Notes: generated from the sequence alone by a model not told the origin. Shown: positions 39,642-50,105, counted from the stretch's first letter. The stretch: 64,000 bases of DNA from Candidatus Kapaibacteriota bacterium (GCA_049426725.1 JBMSYN010000012.1:2139-66138), one strand, 5' to 3'. Numbers and translations: made by a program.

Positions 39642-41240
39642 ATGAACATTTCAAAAATTATCATCCTTTTCCTTTGTAGCATTACATTTTCTTTTGCTCA
39701 GAAAAATGTTGTTTTAATCATTGCTGATGATCTTGGACTAGAGTATTGTGGCTTTTATGGAAATACCGGTGATACGGTCATAATGCCAAATGTACAGTCA
39801 CTTCTTTCAAAAGGTATTCGGTTTACAAATGCTTGGTCCAATCCATTGTGCTCTCCTACAAGGGCGGGTATACTTACTGGACGATATAGTTTTAGGACAG
39901 GTGTTGGTGATGCAGTTGGAGGTCAAACCTCTAATACGCTTGACACATCTGAATTGACCATTCCAAGAATGCTGAACATTTATAATCCGAATGGTATAGC
40001 CAAAGCCAATATTGGAAAATGGCATCTTCATACTCCTATGCCGCAAAGCAATTTTTCAATTCCAATGATTATGGGATATGATTATTATGAGGGAAGTTTT
40101 AGTGGCTCTTTGCCAAACTATTATGCTTGGAATAAAATTAAGGATAGTAAAATCACAGTTTGTAGCACATATGCAACCATTGAAACCACAAATAATGCAA
40201 TAGATTGGTGTAAGTCTATCCCCTCCAATAAACCTATTTTTTTATGGCTAGCATATAATGCGCCGCATACACCATTTAATCTACCACCGTCGAATTTACA
40301 TTCCTATTCGAACCTAAAGGGGAATGCTCAGGATACAGCAACAAGTGTTGTTCCTTATTACAAAGCTATGTGCGAAGCATTGGACAGAGAGATTGGAAGA
40401 TTGTTTGACTCTTTGAAAGCAGCCAATCGTTTTGATAGCACCGATTTCATTTTTATTGGTGACAATGGGAGTGACCCCCGTGTCTACAAAGGAAATGGAA
40501 GAGCCAAAGGAAGTGTATATCAAGATGGAATTTGTGTGCCATTCATTGTTTCTGGTCCTTCAGTAAAAAATCCAGGAAGAGTTTCATCCGCCCTAGTCAA
40601 CACACAAGATATTTTTGCCACCATTCTTGAACTATTTGGTTTTGTTGATTGGAAGAATCACTCTTTGCAAACTAAACCAATTGATTCCAAGAGTTTTCTC
40701 CCAATCATAAAAGCTGAAAATCAAATGACACGAGATTGGGTGTTTAGTGAAGTGTTTAGATCTACCCCAAATGCTTCTGACGGAAAAACGATGAGAAATC
40801 AAGAGTACAAATTGCTTGATTTTGACAATGGGACACAGAAGTTCTATAATCTTTCCTCAGATCCAGATGAACAGCAAAATCTATTATTACAATCTCTTAC
40901 TGAAACAGAAAAAAACAATTATGAATATCTCTGCCGAGAGATGACAAATCTTGTAGGTAAAAATGGTTTCTGTTCTATAACTAGCATTGAAGAATATTTA
41001 AGTAATAATTCAGGAGTCATCTTCGATTCCGAACATGACTTGCTTCAAATACGAAAACATTGCAGTGATAATGCTCGTTTTGCATGCATATCATCAAATG
41101 GAAAAATTATGATTCAGCAGAATTTTGAAGATGAGTCTGACTTTCAGATCAATACTTCATCGCTTCACTCTGGAATATATACCGTCACTGTGGATTGTAA
41201 TCACACTTCCATCAATCATCCCATTATCATTCAACGGTGA
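39642..41240 (+). CDS. Cys-type formylglycine sulfatase with T9SS-like CTD
   Basis: IADDLG, CSPTRAGILTG, GKWHL, APH, GDNG and KG motifs. Confidence 0.9.
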   Translation: MNISKIIILFLCSITFSFAQKNVVLIIADDLGLEYCGFYGNTGDTVIMPNVQSLLSKGIRFTNAWSNPLCSPTRAGILTGRYSFRTGVGDAVGGQTSNTLDTSELTIPRMLNIYNPNGIAKANIGKWHLHTPMPQSNFSIPMIMGYDYYEGSFSGSLPNYYAWNKIKDSKITVCSTYATIETTNNAIDWCKSIPSNKPIFLWLAYNAPHTPFNLPPSNLHSYSNLKGNAQDTATSVVPYYKAMCEALDREIGRLFDSLKAANRFDSTDFIFIGDNGSDPRVYKGNGRAKGSVYQDGICVPFIVSGPSVKNPGRVSSALVNTQDIFATILELFGFVDWKNHSLQTKPIDSKSFLPIIKAENQMTRDWVFSEVFRSTPNASDGKTMRNQEYKLLDFDNGTQKFYNLSSDPDEQQNLLLQSLTETEKNNYEYLCREMTNLVGKNGFCSITSIEEYLSNNSGVIFDSEHDLLQIRKHCSDNARFACISSNGKIMIQQNFEDESDFQINTSSLHSGIYTVTVDCNHTSINHPIIIQR

Positions 41241-42513
41241 TTCGAGATCGACTTTTTGTTATCATATAACCAAATGCCATTACGATCACAAACAATATAC
41301 TTCCATAAATTCCCGCATTGGTATCAAACATGAAGATGTTTATTCCCGTGAACAAACATGCTGCAATGAATAACAGAGCAACCAGATGAATCTTGATAGA
41401 TAGTTTCTCTCCTTTTAGTTTATATAATGTTGCCATTCCAACACCTAGTCCGATACTATCAATGAAGATTGTATAATTCAAAATCCTCTCGAATGATTCA
41501 CCAGCATAGACACTAATCAAACTGATCGCCGTAAATACAGTCAAGGCAGAAAAACTCACTCCTTTTGCTTCATCCGATTGTGCAAATATTTTTGGCAGTA
41601 CACCATCTTTTCCCATTGCTGAAATCACTCTGGGATTTGATAGCATTGATATATTCACATATCCAAATACTGAAATCATGATAATCATGCTGACAATCAA
41701 TGCGGCTGTGCTTCCAAACAATCGTTCCATCATGATGGCGGCAATAAATTTTGATTGCGCCAATTCATGAAATCCAATCACTTGCACATAAGCCAGATTT
41801 GCCAATAAATAAATGCCAATGATAATCAATACGCCTAGTATGATTGCTCTTGGCAGCATCTTCTCATTATTGTTCACCTCACCACCAAAATTGATCGTTT
41901 GTTGATATCCACCATAGGTGAATGAAACAGCAATAAGTGCAAGACCAAATGATTCCCAAATGCCTCCTGAATGTGACTGAATGGCAGTCACTGTTTCTGT
42001 CGGAGGTAGGATACCAAGTGCTGAAATAATTGCCCCAAGCATGAACAATTTGATACCCATGAGTATGTTCTGAACAGTGGCACTTGTTCGCAGGCCAAGC
42101 AGATTAAGTCCATATAAAACAAAAATGAATAACGACGCTATGACTGTACTTGGCAAACCCATTGCATAAGGCATCACATATTCGGCACCGATAATCGCAA
42201 CCCCTGCGATTGAAGCAGCATTGGAAACAAGTATGATAATATTGATTGCAAATGCTAGCGTTGGTGAATATGCCCTTGCAAAGATGGAATAATATGCTCC
42301 GCTCACGGGCATCCGCTTGCCAATTTCAGCATATCCGATTGCGCCACAAAGAGCAATCAATCCGCCGGTGATCCATGCGACATAGTAGATCAATTCACTT
42401 CCTGCTCTTTGGGCAACAGTAGCAGGGGCTCGAAAAATGCCCATGCCAATCACGAGTGAAATGACCATCATGGTGATGTCGAAGAAACGAAGTTGATGTT
42501 TTGCTCTATTCAT
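41227..42513 (-). CDS. APC-family amino acid permease
   Basis: IGMGIF, YAEIG..MP..G, FTYGGY and about 12 TMs. Confidence 0.9.
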   Translation of the reverse strand: MNRAKHQLRFFDITMMVISLVIGMGIFRAPATVAQRAGSELIYYVAWITGGLIALCGAIGYAEIGKRMPVSGAYYSIFARAYSPTLAFAINIIILVSNAASIAGVAIIGAEYVMPYAMGLPSTVIASLFIFVLYGLNLLGLRTSATVQNILMGIKLFMLGAIISALGILPPTETVTAIQSHSGGIWESFGLALIAVSFTYGGYQQTINFGGEVNNNEKMLPRAIILGVLIIIGIYLLANLAYVQVIGFHELAQSKFIAAIMMERLFGSTAALIVSMIIMISVFGYVNISMLSNPRVISAMGKDGVLPKIFAQSDEAKGVSFSALTVFTAISLISVYAGESFERILNYTIFIDSIGLGVGMATLYKLKGEKLSIKIHLVALLFIAACLFTGINIFMFDTNAGIYGSILFVIVMAFGYMITKSRSRITVE

Positions 42514-42590
42514 TTAGGTAAATCCTCGATTTCAGTTCGTAAAAATAGACAAATCGAACTTTTCCTATCACATTTCTATGTAAATTCAGT

Positions 42591-44600
42591 ATGCAAGATT
42601 CCGATTACATAGTAGATTATGTCTTTATTGGTTTGGGAGCGGCAAATTCCCTCATCATCCGCCAAATGCACGCTCATGGCATATTGGATGATGCAACATT
42701 GATGATCATCGATCCCGATGAAAAATTATTGAATGATAAAACCTTCTGCTTTTGGGCAACAGAACAAGAGATTCATGATCTTGGATTCACTTCGCTTATA
42801 AGCCATGATTGGTCTTTATTGGGAATTGGAGAACATATAACTCAATCTGTTCAACCCTATCGCTATTATCATGTTTCTAGTATCACGCTCTATGATGAAC
42901 TGCGAGATATTCTTTCACTACATAATGTACAATTCGTTCGTGAATATGCCGAAGAGATTATTTCTTCAGAAAGTGAAATCATATCCGTCCGGACTTCTCA
43001 TTCAAAAGTGAGTGCTAAGTATGTATTCGATTCCAGACCACCTCAATGGAATGAACCTGCTCGCAATGAAACATTTCTCCTGCAATCTTTTTTTGGTTGG
43101 AGAATTACGACTAAAGATCCAATCTTCGATGTACATACATTTACCATGATGGATTTTTCCGTTGATCAATCCATTGCTACGCAATTTGTGTATGTACTTC
43201 CATTCTCTCCAAATCATGCACTCATAGAATTGACACGCTTTGGAGCGAGTCCCATAGAATATACTTATGCTCAAGAACAATTGAATAGATATTGTCAACA
43301 AAAGCAATATGGTTCGTATACAATTGAGAGTGAAGAACAAGGCATCATTCCGATGTCCACATGTTCAATCAAAACTGAACCTTCAACAGATAACCACTTA
43401 AAGACAGGCAGTGCCGCAGGAAGAATTAAACCAAGCACAGGGTATGCATTCAAGGAAATGGCGTTTCATGCAGTTCACATTGTGGAGTCACTCAAAAGTG
43501 GATACAATCCACAAAGAGCTATGCAACGATCAGGGCGATTTGCTTTCTATGATAGACTTCTTCTGAAGATATTAGAGTCTCATCCAAATCGAGGAAAAGA
43601 ACTATTTGAGCGATTGTTTCAACAAGTTTCGGGCACAAGAGTACTTCGTTTTCTTGAAGAGCAAACTTCATTCATAGAAGATATATCGGTGTTCATGGCA
43701 CTACCCAAATACATGTTTGCCAAGCAAGCTGTGATTGATATGATGCATACCTTTTTCAGGAATGCTCATGGTATGTTTGCTTTGGGTATGGCACTGTTGT
43801 TTGTGCTGTTTCAATATCTTGATATGTCTATTATCAATTGGCTTATTCTTGGAATTGGACTTTTGCTGATAGGCATTCCCCATGGAGCTATGGATCATGT
43901 ATTGACCATTGGTGAAAGATCGGCAAAATCAGTTGGTTTGTTCATACTTGGATATGTGGCAAAAGGAATACTCATGTTGTCGATATGGATTATATCACCA
44001 CTTCTCGGACTCATCATTTTTTTGATTTATTCCATGTGGCATTTTGGTCAGACAGAGTATGAGCAAGAGAATGTCCATAATCCATGGCTTATTTTCCTAA
44101 GAGGTTTTGCGGTATTGTCATTCATACTTGCCACTCATATTCCCGAGACAAATACTATCATCAATGCATTGTCGATATCTTCAATTATTGACATGCAAGG
44201 AGTTATCACTTCATCATTCCTAACTGAACTCTCATTCACTCTATTGATATTGAGCACCATTGTAAAGCTAAGAAAGTCAATCATTCTTTGCACACTTTCA
44301 TTATTGGTCATGATGCAGTTGGATCTACTGCAGGTATTCGGTGTCTATTTTGTTTTTCATCACAGTTTTTTAGGATGGAATCATTTGAAGAAAGGACTCC
44401 GGAAGACAAACCTACAATTATGGGAATTATCGGCTCCATTTTCGATTTCAGCAATTGGAACTCTTTTTCTCTTTTTCATCAACACCGGTTACACACTTAT
44501 AGATTTTGCCCCCTTATTTTTTGTGTTTCTCTCATGTATTAGCTTCCCCCATGTGCTAGAGATGCACTCATTCTATGGTTCGATATTCAAGCGCAGGTGA
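42591..44600 (+). CDS. Fusion of lycopene beta-cyclase (CrtY-type) and Brp/Blh beta-carotene 15,15'-dioxygenase
   Basis: N-part: IGLGAA Rossmann, DKTFCFW, VFDSRP, FVYVLPFS and GSAAGRIKPSTGYAF; C-part: multi-TM with GIPHGAMDH, HFG, HHS and FPH; single uninterrupted ORF. Confidence 0.85.
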   Translation: MQDSDYIVDYVFIGLGAANSLIIRQMHAHGILDDATLMIIDPDEKLLNDKTFCFWATEQEIHDLGFTSLISHDWSLLGIGEHITQSVQPYRYYHVSSITLYDELRDILSLHNVQFVREYAEEIISSESEIISVRTSHSKVSAKYVFDSRPPQWNEPARNETFLLQSFFGWRITTKDPIFDVHTFTMMDFSVDQSIATQFVYVLPFSPNHALIELTRFGASPIEYTYAQEQLNRYCQQKQYGSYTIESEEQGIIPMSTCSIKTEPSTDNHLKTGSAAGRIKPSTGYAFKEMAFHAVHIVESLKSGYNPQRAMQRSGRFAFYDRLLLKILESHPNRGKELFERLFQQVSGTRVLRFLEEQTSFIEDISVFMALPKYMFAKQAVIDMMHTFFRNAHGMFALGMALLFVLFQYLDMSIINWLILGIGLLLIGIPHGAMDHVLTIGERSAKSVGLFILGYVAKGILMLSIWIISPLLGLIIFLIYSMWHFGQTEYEQENVHNPWLIFLRGFAVLSFILATHIPETNTIINALSISSIIDMQGVITSSFLTELSFTLLILSTIVKLRKSIILCTLSLLVMMQLDLLQVFGVYFVFHHSFLGWNHLKKGLRKTNLQLWELSAPFSISAIGTLFLFFINTGYTLIDFAPLFFVFLSCISFPHVLEMHSFYGSIFKRR

Positions 44601-44659
44601 GCACCAAGTCCATTATGTAGGATTCTTGAACATGTTATATATTGATGTATCAGTACTAT

Positions 44660-46081
44660 TTACCTCCCCATCACAAACTCATATCTTCCCAATGGAATGA
44701 ATGTGTACCCTTCAGTAACTGAAATCGTTTTGACAAATGCACCGCGAATGTCAAATACATCATAGTGCATTGGTAGTTGTTCTTGGGGAATGCTAAGCCA
44801 TATTCCTTCAGGTGTCCGTGTTATCTCAATGCCTTTTCGCTTGAGAATTTCATGAATACCTGAGATGCTTTGCGCTTCAAATGCTCCGATGGAAGGTGGA
44901 TTAGCATATGTTTTTCCTTCATGGTCTTTTAATGTATCACCAGTAATAAACCCATTTCCTTTTGCAGGACTGTCTGATTGTAGTCGATAATCCCCACCTG
45001 CATAATCACGCAGCATTGGATCGACTCCATAGATTCCATTGAATTCCATGAGTTGTGCTTCTTGCATTTTTGAAGCAGCTGGATTGTCTACATTATACCA
45101 GAGATTATTTCTCAGGAGAAATGATTGAGGTGCAGTATTTCCACCGATATTCACATGTCGCGAAATTGTTGAACGGAATACCACCAGATTATTTTGAAAG
45201 ATATTGTTTCCACATGGTTCAAATCTATTTGGATCGACTGTTTCTTGCAGTATGCGAAAGATCCAGCGTTCAGGGTTGATGATGGTATTATTAGTGACTG
45301 ATACTCTCACTGATCCAACATAAGCCATGGGTGTGACGGACCCAACAAATACATTACCCGTAACCATCAAGTCCGCTGCTTCATACTTTGCATCAAGTGG
45401 TCTAAAGAATTCAAGTCCAGTGGAACCACCAAGGTTTAATGCACGCTGGCCACCATTGATGAATGAATTACTTTCAATGCGAATAAAACTTGTCCCACCC
45501 TTTGCTTGAATACAATTAGAACCTGAATTTCGAAATATATTATTTCTGAATATTCCTTTATGGCATCCCACCATATCCGCTCCACTTCCACCGGGAGAAC
45601 CATTTTCAAAAAGACAATCTTCAATGATGAAATCATCCAATCCTGATAATTTTAATTGATCATTGTTTCCCGTGGCTCCCATTCCGGAAAATGTCAGATT
45701 TTTGAATGTCATGTGATGTGTTGGTGTATCATAAGTACCTGCATCATCACAATTCATTCCATTGCTTGTTTGACCATTAATAGTAAAATTCTCAATGATC
45801 ATATAAGAGCAATCAGAAAAATGAAATGATTCTGTTCCGCCTTTGAATATTACAGAATCTCTATCGATACCGCGAATGATGATCGGTGCTTGTGAAATAC
45901 CTTGAATATTCTCAATGAAAAATGCACCTTGATATTGTCCATTATGTATGAGTACTGTATCTCCGGGCTTAGCAGCCATACAAGCCAAACGTGGATTGAC
46001 ATATTGCTTTCCTACGCCAACATGGAGAGTGTTTGATACGGCAATTACATGAAGAGACAAAGCCAAAAGAACATATAGCAT
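44660..46081 (-). CDS. Right-handed parallel beta-helix secreted protein (pectate lyase-like fold)
   Basis: PGDTVLI, repeated N.F stacks and DYRL..DSPA...IGAFE; short CTD-like tail. Confidence 0.7.
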   Translation of the reverse strand: MLYVLLALSLHVIAVSNTLHVGVGKQYVNPRLACMAAKPGDTVLIHNGQYQGAFFIENIQGISQAPIIIRGIDRDSVIFKGGTESFHFSDCSYMIIENFTINGQTSNGMNCDDAGTYDTPTHHMTFKNLTFSGMGATGNNDQLKLSGLDDFIIEDCLFENGSPGGSGADMVGCHKGIFRNNIFRNSGSNCIQAKGGTSFIRIESNSFINGGQRALNLGGSTGLEFFRPLDAKYEAADLMVTGNVFVGSVTPMAYVGSVRVSVTNNTIINPERWIFRILQETVDPNRFEPCGNNIFQNNLVVFRSTISRHVNIGGNTAPQSFLLRNNLWYNVDNPAASKMQEAQLMEFNGIYGVDPMLRDYAGGDYRLQSDSPAKGNGFITGDTLKDHEGKTYANPPSIGAFEAQSISGIHEILKRKGIEITRTPEGIWLSIPQEQLPMHYDVFDIRGAFVKTISVTEGYTFIPLGRYEFVMGR

Positions 46082-46222
46082 TGTTAAGTGCCTTAAAATT
46101 ACTGAAGTAACTATATAGGTGGCAATTTACACATTCATCATAATCAAATATGAAGATCATTGATAAATCTTGTCAAAGACTTTGTATAATTGCCAAAATA
46201 ATTGACCATTAACGAGAAGAAT

Positions 46223-47947
46223 ATGTCAGAAGAATCAATCATACAGATAATACAACAGATTGAATTGTTGTTTAAAGATAAAAATATGATTGGTGTTCAA
46301 TCATTGGGAAAGAACTATACACACAATACAAATTTGCTCAAAGATCTAGACTCTTATTCAATCTATTTAGATTATATGGGAAAAGCGTCCTATCTTCTTT
46401 CCGATTATGTCGATTCATCTTATTTTTTTGAGGAAGGTATCAGAGTCAATACCATTACCAAAAATAAAGAAAAACTATCCGCAGCACTTGGCAACTTGGG
46501 ACTAACGAAATATCGAATGGCAGAATATTCTTCCGCTCTTGAATACTTGGCAAAAGCAATTCAAATCAATGAAGAGATTGGTAATAAGCAGTTTCTTGCA
46601 TCAAACCTGAATAATATTGGTAATGTATTTTCCAGTCTTAATGAATATGATAAAGCACTTGAGTATCATGAAAGGGCAATTGACATTAATAAAGAGATAC
46701 AGAATATTGCTGGTATAGGAGCAAATCTTGGAAATATTGGGCTTATCCTCAAACAACTTTCTAAACATGAAGAAGCTTTGCTCAATTTTCAGCAAGCTCT
46801 GGATATTCATCAAAGTATTAATGATAAAGAAGGTATATCGATTAGCTATCAAAATATTGGAAATGTATTCAATGAACTAGAAGATTATGACAAAGCACTA
46901 GAGTATTTTCATATGGCACTGAATGTATGCGAGGATATTCACAATAAGAATGGACTTGCTAATGCACATAGTTCAATTGGACTTACTTATTATAAACTTC
47001 ATCAATATGATAATGCCATACAGTCTATCAACCGAGGTTTAAATATTGCAAGAGAAATACAACACAGAGAATCATGTTTGACATCACTCGACATATTATC
47101 AAGTATTTATGAATCATTGGATGATTACAAAACTGCATTAGACTATTATAAAGAACATATTAACATCAAAGACAGTATTCAGTCGGATAACACAATGAAA
47201 AAAGCTCTTCTCTTCGATCAGCAGAGAAAGATTGATGCAGAAAACAAAGAGCGGCTATTACAAATTGCAAGAATGGAAGAACAGGAAAAGTTACTGTACA
47301 ATATACTACCAAACAATATTGCAGAGCGTATACTCAAGCATGAGTCTTCCATTGCGGATTATTATCCTTCAGTTTCTGTACTCTTCATGGATATAGTAGG
47401 GTTCACAGAGCTTTCTTCATATCTTAGTCCAAAACAATTAGTTTTTCTCCTTGACTTGATTTTCACCAAAGCAGATGAAATTCTCGATGTCTTTGGAATA
47501 GAGAAAATTAAAACGATTGGAGATGGATATTTAGCAGTGGCTAATTTGACAAAGCAAATCGACAATCATGAGTTTGTCGCTGCTTCTGCAGCGATACAAT
47601 TGCTTGATTCTTTAAGTAAGATGAAATACGAAATTCCTGCTGATAAGGATGATTTAAACCAAAATATGCTAAGCATACAGTTGAGAATAGGATTACACTC
47701 AGGTGAAGTTGTTGCTGGAATTGTGGGCAAAAATAAATTCATATTTGATCTTTGGGGTGATGTCGTCAATATTGCATCGAGGATGGAATCTGGCTCAGAG
47801 CCAGGAAAGATTCAAATCAGCGAAGTCATGGCCAAGCAAATTGAAGGTAATCCATCAATTCGTTTAGTACCGCGAGGTAGTATCGAGATAAAAGGGAAAG
47901 GTATGATGCAAACGTATTGGTTGGAGAGTAACATCATCACTTCTTGA
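46223..47947 (+). CDS. TPR-repeat class III adenylate/guanylate cyclase
   Basis: Multiple NIG.V...A..Y TPRs; LF.DIVGFT, KIKTIGD, RIGLHSG and DLWGD.VN.ASRMES; K/D specificity residues suggest ATP. Confidence 0.88.
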   Translation: MSEESIIQIIQQIELLFKDKNMIGVQSLGKNYTHNTNLLKDLDSYSIYLDYMGKASYLLSDYVDSSYFFEEGIRVNTITKNKEKLSAALGNLGLTKYRMAEYSSALEYLAKAIQINEEIGNKQFLASNLNNIGNVFSSLNEYDKALEYHERAIDINKEIQNIAGIGANLGNIGLILKQLSKHEEALLNFQQALDIHQSINDKEGISISYQNIGNVFNELEDYDKALEYFHMALNVCEDIHNKNGLANAHSSIGLTYYKLHQYDNAIQSINRGLNIAREIQHRESCLTSLDILSSIYESLDDYKTALDYYKEHINIKDSIQSDNTMKKALLFDQQRKIDAENKERLLQIARMEEQEKLLYNILPNNIAERILKHESSIADYYPSVSVLFMDIVGFTELSSYLSPKQLVFLLDLIFTKADEILDVFGIEKIKTIGDGYLAVANLTKQIDNHEFVAASAAIQLLDSLSKMKYEIPADKDDLNQNMLSIQLRIGLHSGEVVAGIVGKNKFIFDLWGDVVNIASRMESGSEPGKIQISEVMAKQIEGNPSIRLVPRGSIEIKGKGMMQTYWLESNIITS

Positions 47948-49070
47948 TAAAAGTCACATACTTCTCTCCTATAAGTACTTTGTATACGCCAATGGGCATA
48001 TCTCGAATGTCCATAAATTTATCATTTGTGCAAGCAATTAATCTACCGTATAAATCGTAAATCTTGGTTTGTTGGCCAAAATCACTATTCCATGAAATGA
48101 ATGTTTCTGCCGGATTGGGGTACAAAATTATATCATCACTCTGTTCATCAACAAAAGACAGGGAATTAGAAATTCCTGTTCTCTCATATGATGTCACTAC
48201 ATCCCATACCATCGATTGCACATATTCGGCAAATTCTTTTGAAGGGATTTTCACGCTTGCATTTGCATTTGGAAGGAGATTATGAGGTAAACCGAGTGGA
48301 CTCTTATTGTAAATGCATGCATAGTGCATCATGGCGATTGCATAAGCTCCCAATTCATTCGGATGAATTTGATCACTGAACAATTGATTCAATTGTGTTA
48401 TGCCGGGCACTTTTCCTTTTGGAATATCATCATGAAATCTTGCCATCATTTTATGTCCGGGGATTAGATATACAGGCGGCGCACCAATAGGTCTCTTGGC
48501 ATTTGCATGATCTTGCATTTTTTCCCATTCCAATCCTTGCACATCGAGCATTTCTCTGAAAGGTCCACTAGATCCATCGATACTTACCCATGTCGTCCAG
48601 AGCAAAGTGGGAGCTCCCTTTCCGCCATTCCCATTATTCCATGCATTATTCACGAATAATGAAAGTGCATTCCTTTGTGCAATGATTCCATCCAAGTACC
48701 ATTGTTGTGTACTACCACCATCATAGAGCAATGGAACTCGTTCAGTGATGCAGAGCAATTCCCAATTTGCTATGCCATGTCTTGCATCCGGCGAGCCATA
48801 TCCTGGTGGTTTATCCCATCTCCATGACATTGCTGAACCCGGTGATGTTGATTTCCCTATTGATTTATCAATCAATTGCCATGAGGAAACATTGGTTATA
48901 CCCGACATAAGATTTACATATTGTCCGGGCCAGTTTGGATAAAACAATGGATCAGTCAAACTATGTCCGCTGTGGATTTGCTTAATCGTCATTGGATACG
49001 CTTGCTTTGGTGGTAGTGGTTGTGCAGTGATCACACTCAGCATCAAAGACATCAAGGCAATAAGCATCAT
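47937..49070 (-). CDS. Secreted protein with SGNH-like domain and T9SS CTD
   Basis: GHSL and DQIHP motifs; YPNP CTD; start at ATG 49070 behind GGAGG. Confidence 0.6.
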   Translation of the reverse strand: MMLIALMSLMLSVITAQPLPPKQAYPMTIKQIHSGHSLTDPLFYPNWPGQYVNLMSGITNVSSWQLIDKSIGKSTSPGSAMSWRWDKPPGYGSPDARHGIANWELLCITERVPLLYDGGSTQQWYLDGIIAQRNALSLFVNNAWNNGNGGKGAPTLLWTTWVSIDGSSGPFREMLDVQGLEWEKMQDHANAKRPIGAPPVYLIPGHKMMARFHDDIPKGKVPGITQLNQLFSDQIHPNELGAYAIAMMHYACIYNKSPLGLPHNLLPNANASVKIPSKEFAEYVQSMVWDVVTSYERTGISNSLSFVDEQSDDIILYPNPAETFISWNSDFGQQTKIYDLYGRLIACTNDKFMDIRDMPIGVYKVLIGEKYVTFIKK

Positions 49071-49354
49071 TTTAGTCCTCCATTGAATACTACTTATAAT
49101 GTTGTATGCGCAACATGGATACAATTCATAAAATATGCCATAAAAGATTTTACACTTAAGTCGGAACAAAATACTCAATAATGTAGTTTTAACAATTGCA
49201 GAAGTCGATAATTCTCATTAAGTTAGAAAAGCATTGATTTCGCCCAAAAGATACCGATTCACCACATTTCACCACCAAAGGTATCCACTCATACTGACGA
49301 TATAAACGCTCCTCATTTGGGAGGTTTTCTATACACAATGTCAAGAGGTATGGC

Positions 49355-50083
49355 ATGGGACATGAATTAGCTACGATTGCTCCCGGTAATTATGTGGCCT
49401 TCACATTTTTTATCGGAACGATGGCAATGATGGCTGCTTCGGTATTTTTCTTCTTTGAATTAAATACCACGCCCTCACGTTGGAGAACGTCCGTTCTCGT
49501 TTCTGGTATCATCACATTTATTGCTGCGGTGCATTACTATTACATGCGCGGGTACAATTTGGAAACCGGTGCTTCACCGACTTTCTTCCGCTATGTTGAT
49601 TGGTTATTGACAGTGCCATTGATGTGTGTTGAGTTTTATCTCATCACAAAAAAGGCAGGTGCAACGATTGGACTTCTTTGGAAGTTGATCATCGCTTCAA
49701 TTTTCATGTTGGTGACAGGTTATATCGGCGAAGCAATGCATGGTCAAGATGCATCAAGCTGGGTATGGGGCACAATTTCATCCATCGGTTATGCATATAT
49801 CGTATGGTTGGTTTGGGCTGGTGATGTAGCCAAATTGGCGAAATCATCATCACCTGCAGTTGCTGCAGCCAATCGTTATCTCGGTTGGTTCGTGCTTGTA
49901 GGTTGGGCGATTTATCCATTAGGATATATTCTTGGAACAACAGGTGGATTGTTCGGAGCTCAGATGGTTGCAGATCCAAAAGCAGCACAATATTCCATGG
50001 ATATCGTGTATAATATCGGTGATGCAGTCAATAAAATCGGCTTTGGCTTGGTGATTTATATGCTGAGCAGAAAAGAAGATTAA
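49355..50083 (+). CDS. Proteorhodopsin-type light-driven proton pump (DTE motif, green-tuned)
   Basis: Seven TMs; H60; RYVDWLLTVPLMCVE (D82/T86/M90/E93); WAIYP; DAVNK227 retinal lysine. Confidence 0.95.
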   Translation: MGHELATIAPGNYVAFTFFIGTMAMMAASVFFFFELNTTPSRWRTSVLVSGIITFIAAVHYYYMRGYNLETGASPTFFRYVDWLLTVPLMCVEFYLITKKAGATIGLLWKLIIASIFMLVTGYIGEAMHGQDASSWVWGTISSIGYAYIVWLVWAGDVAKLAKSSSPAVAAANRYLGWFVLVGWAIYPLGYILGTTGGLFGAQMVADPKAAQYSMDIVYNIGDAVNKIGFGLVIYMLSRKED

Positions 50084-50105
50084 ATGAAAGTGTAAAACTT
50101 TATTG

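Noticed and set aside
49355-50083. Sodium/chloride pump, sensory rhodopsin or enzyme-rhodopsin
   Set aside because: Motif is DTE with His, not NDQ/NTQ; no transducer; the cyclase is a separate gene
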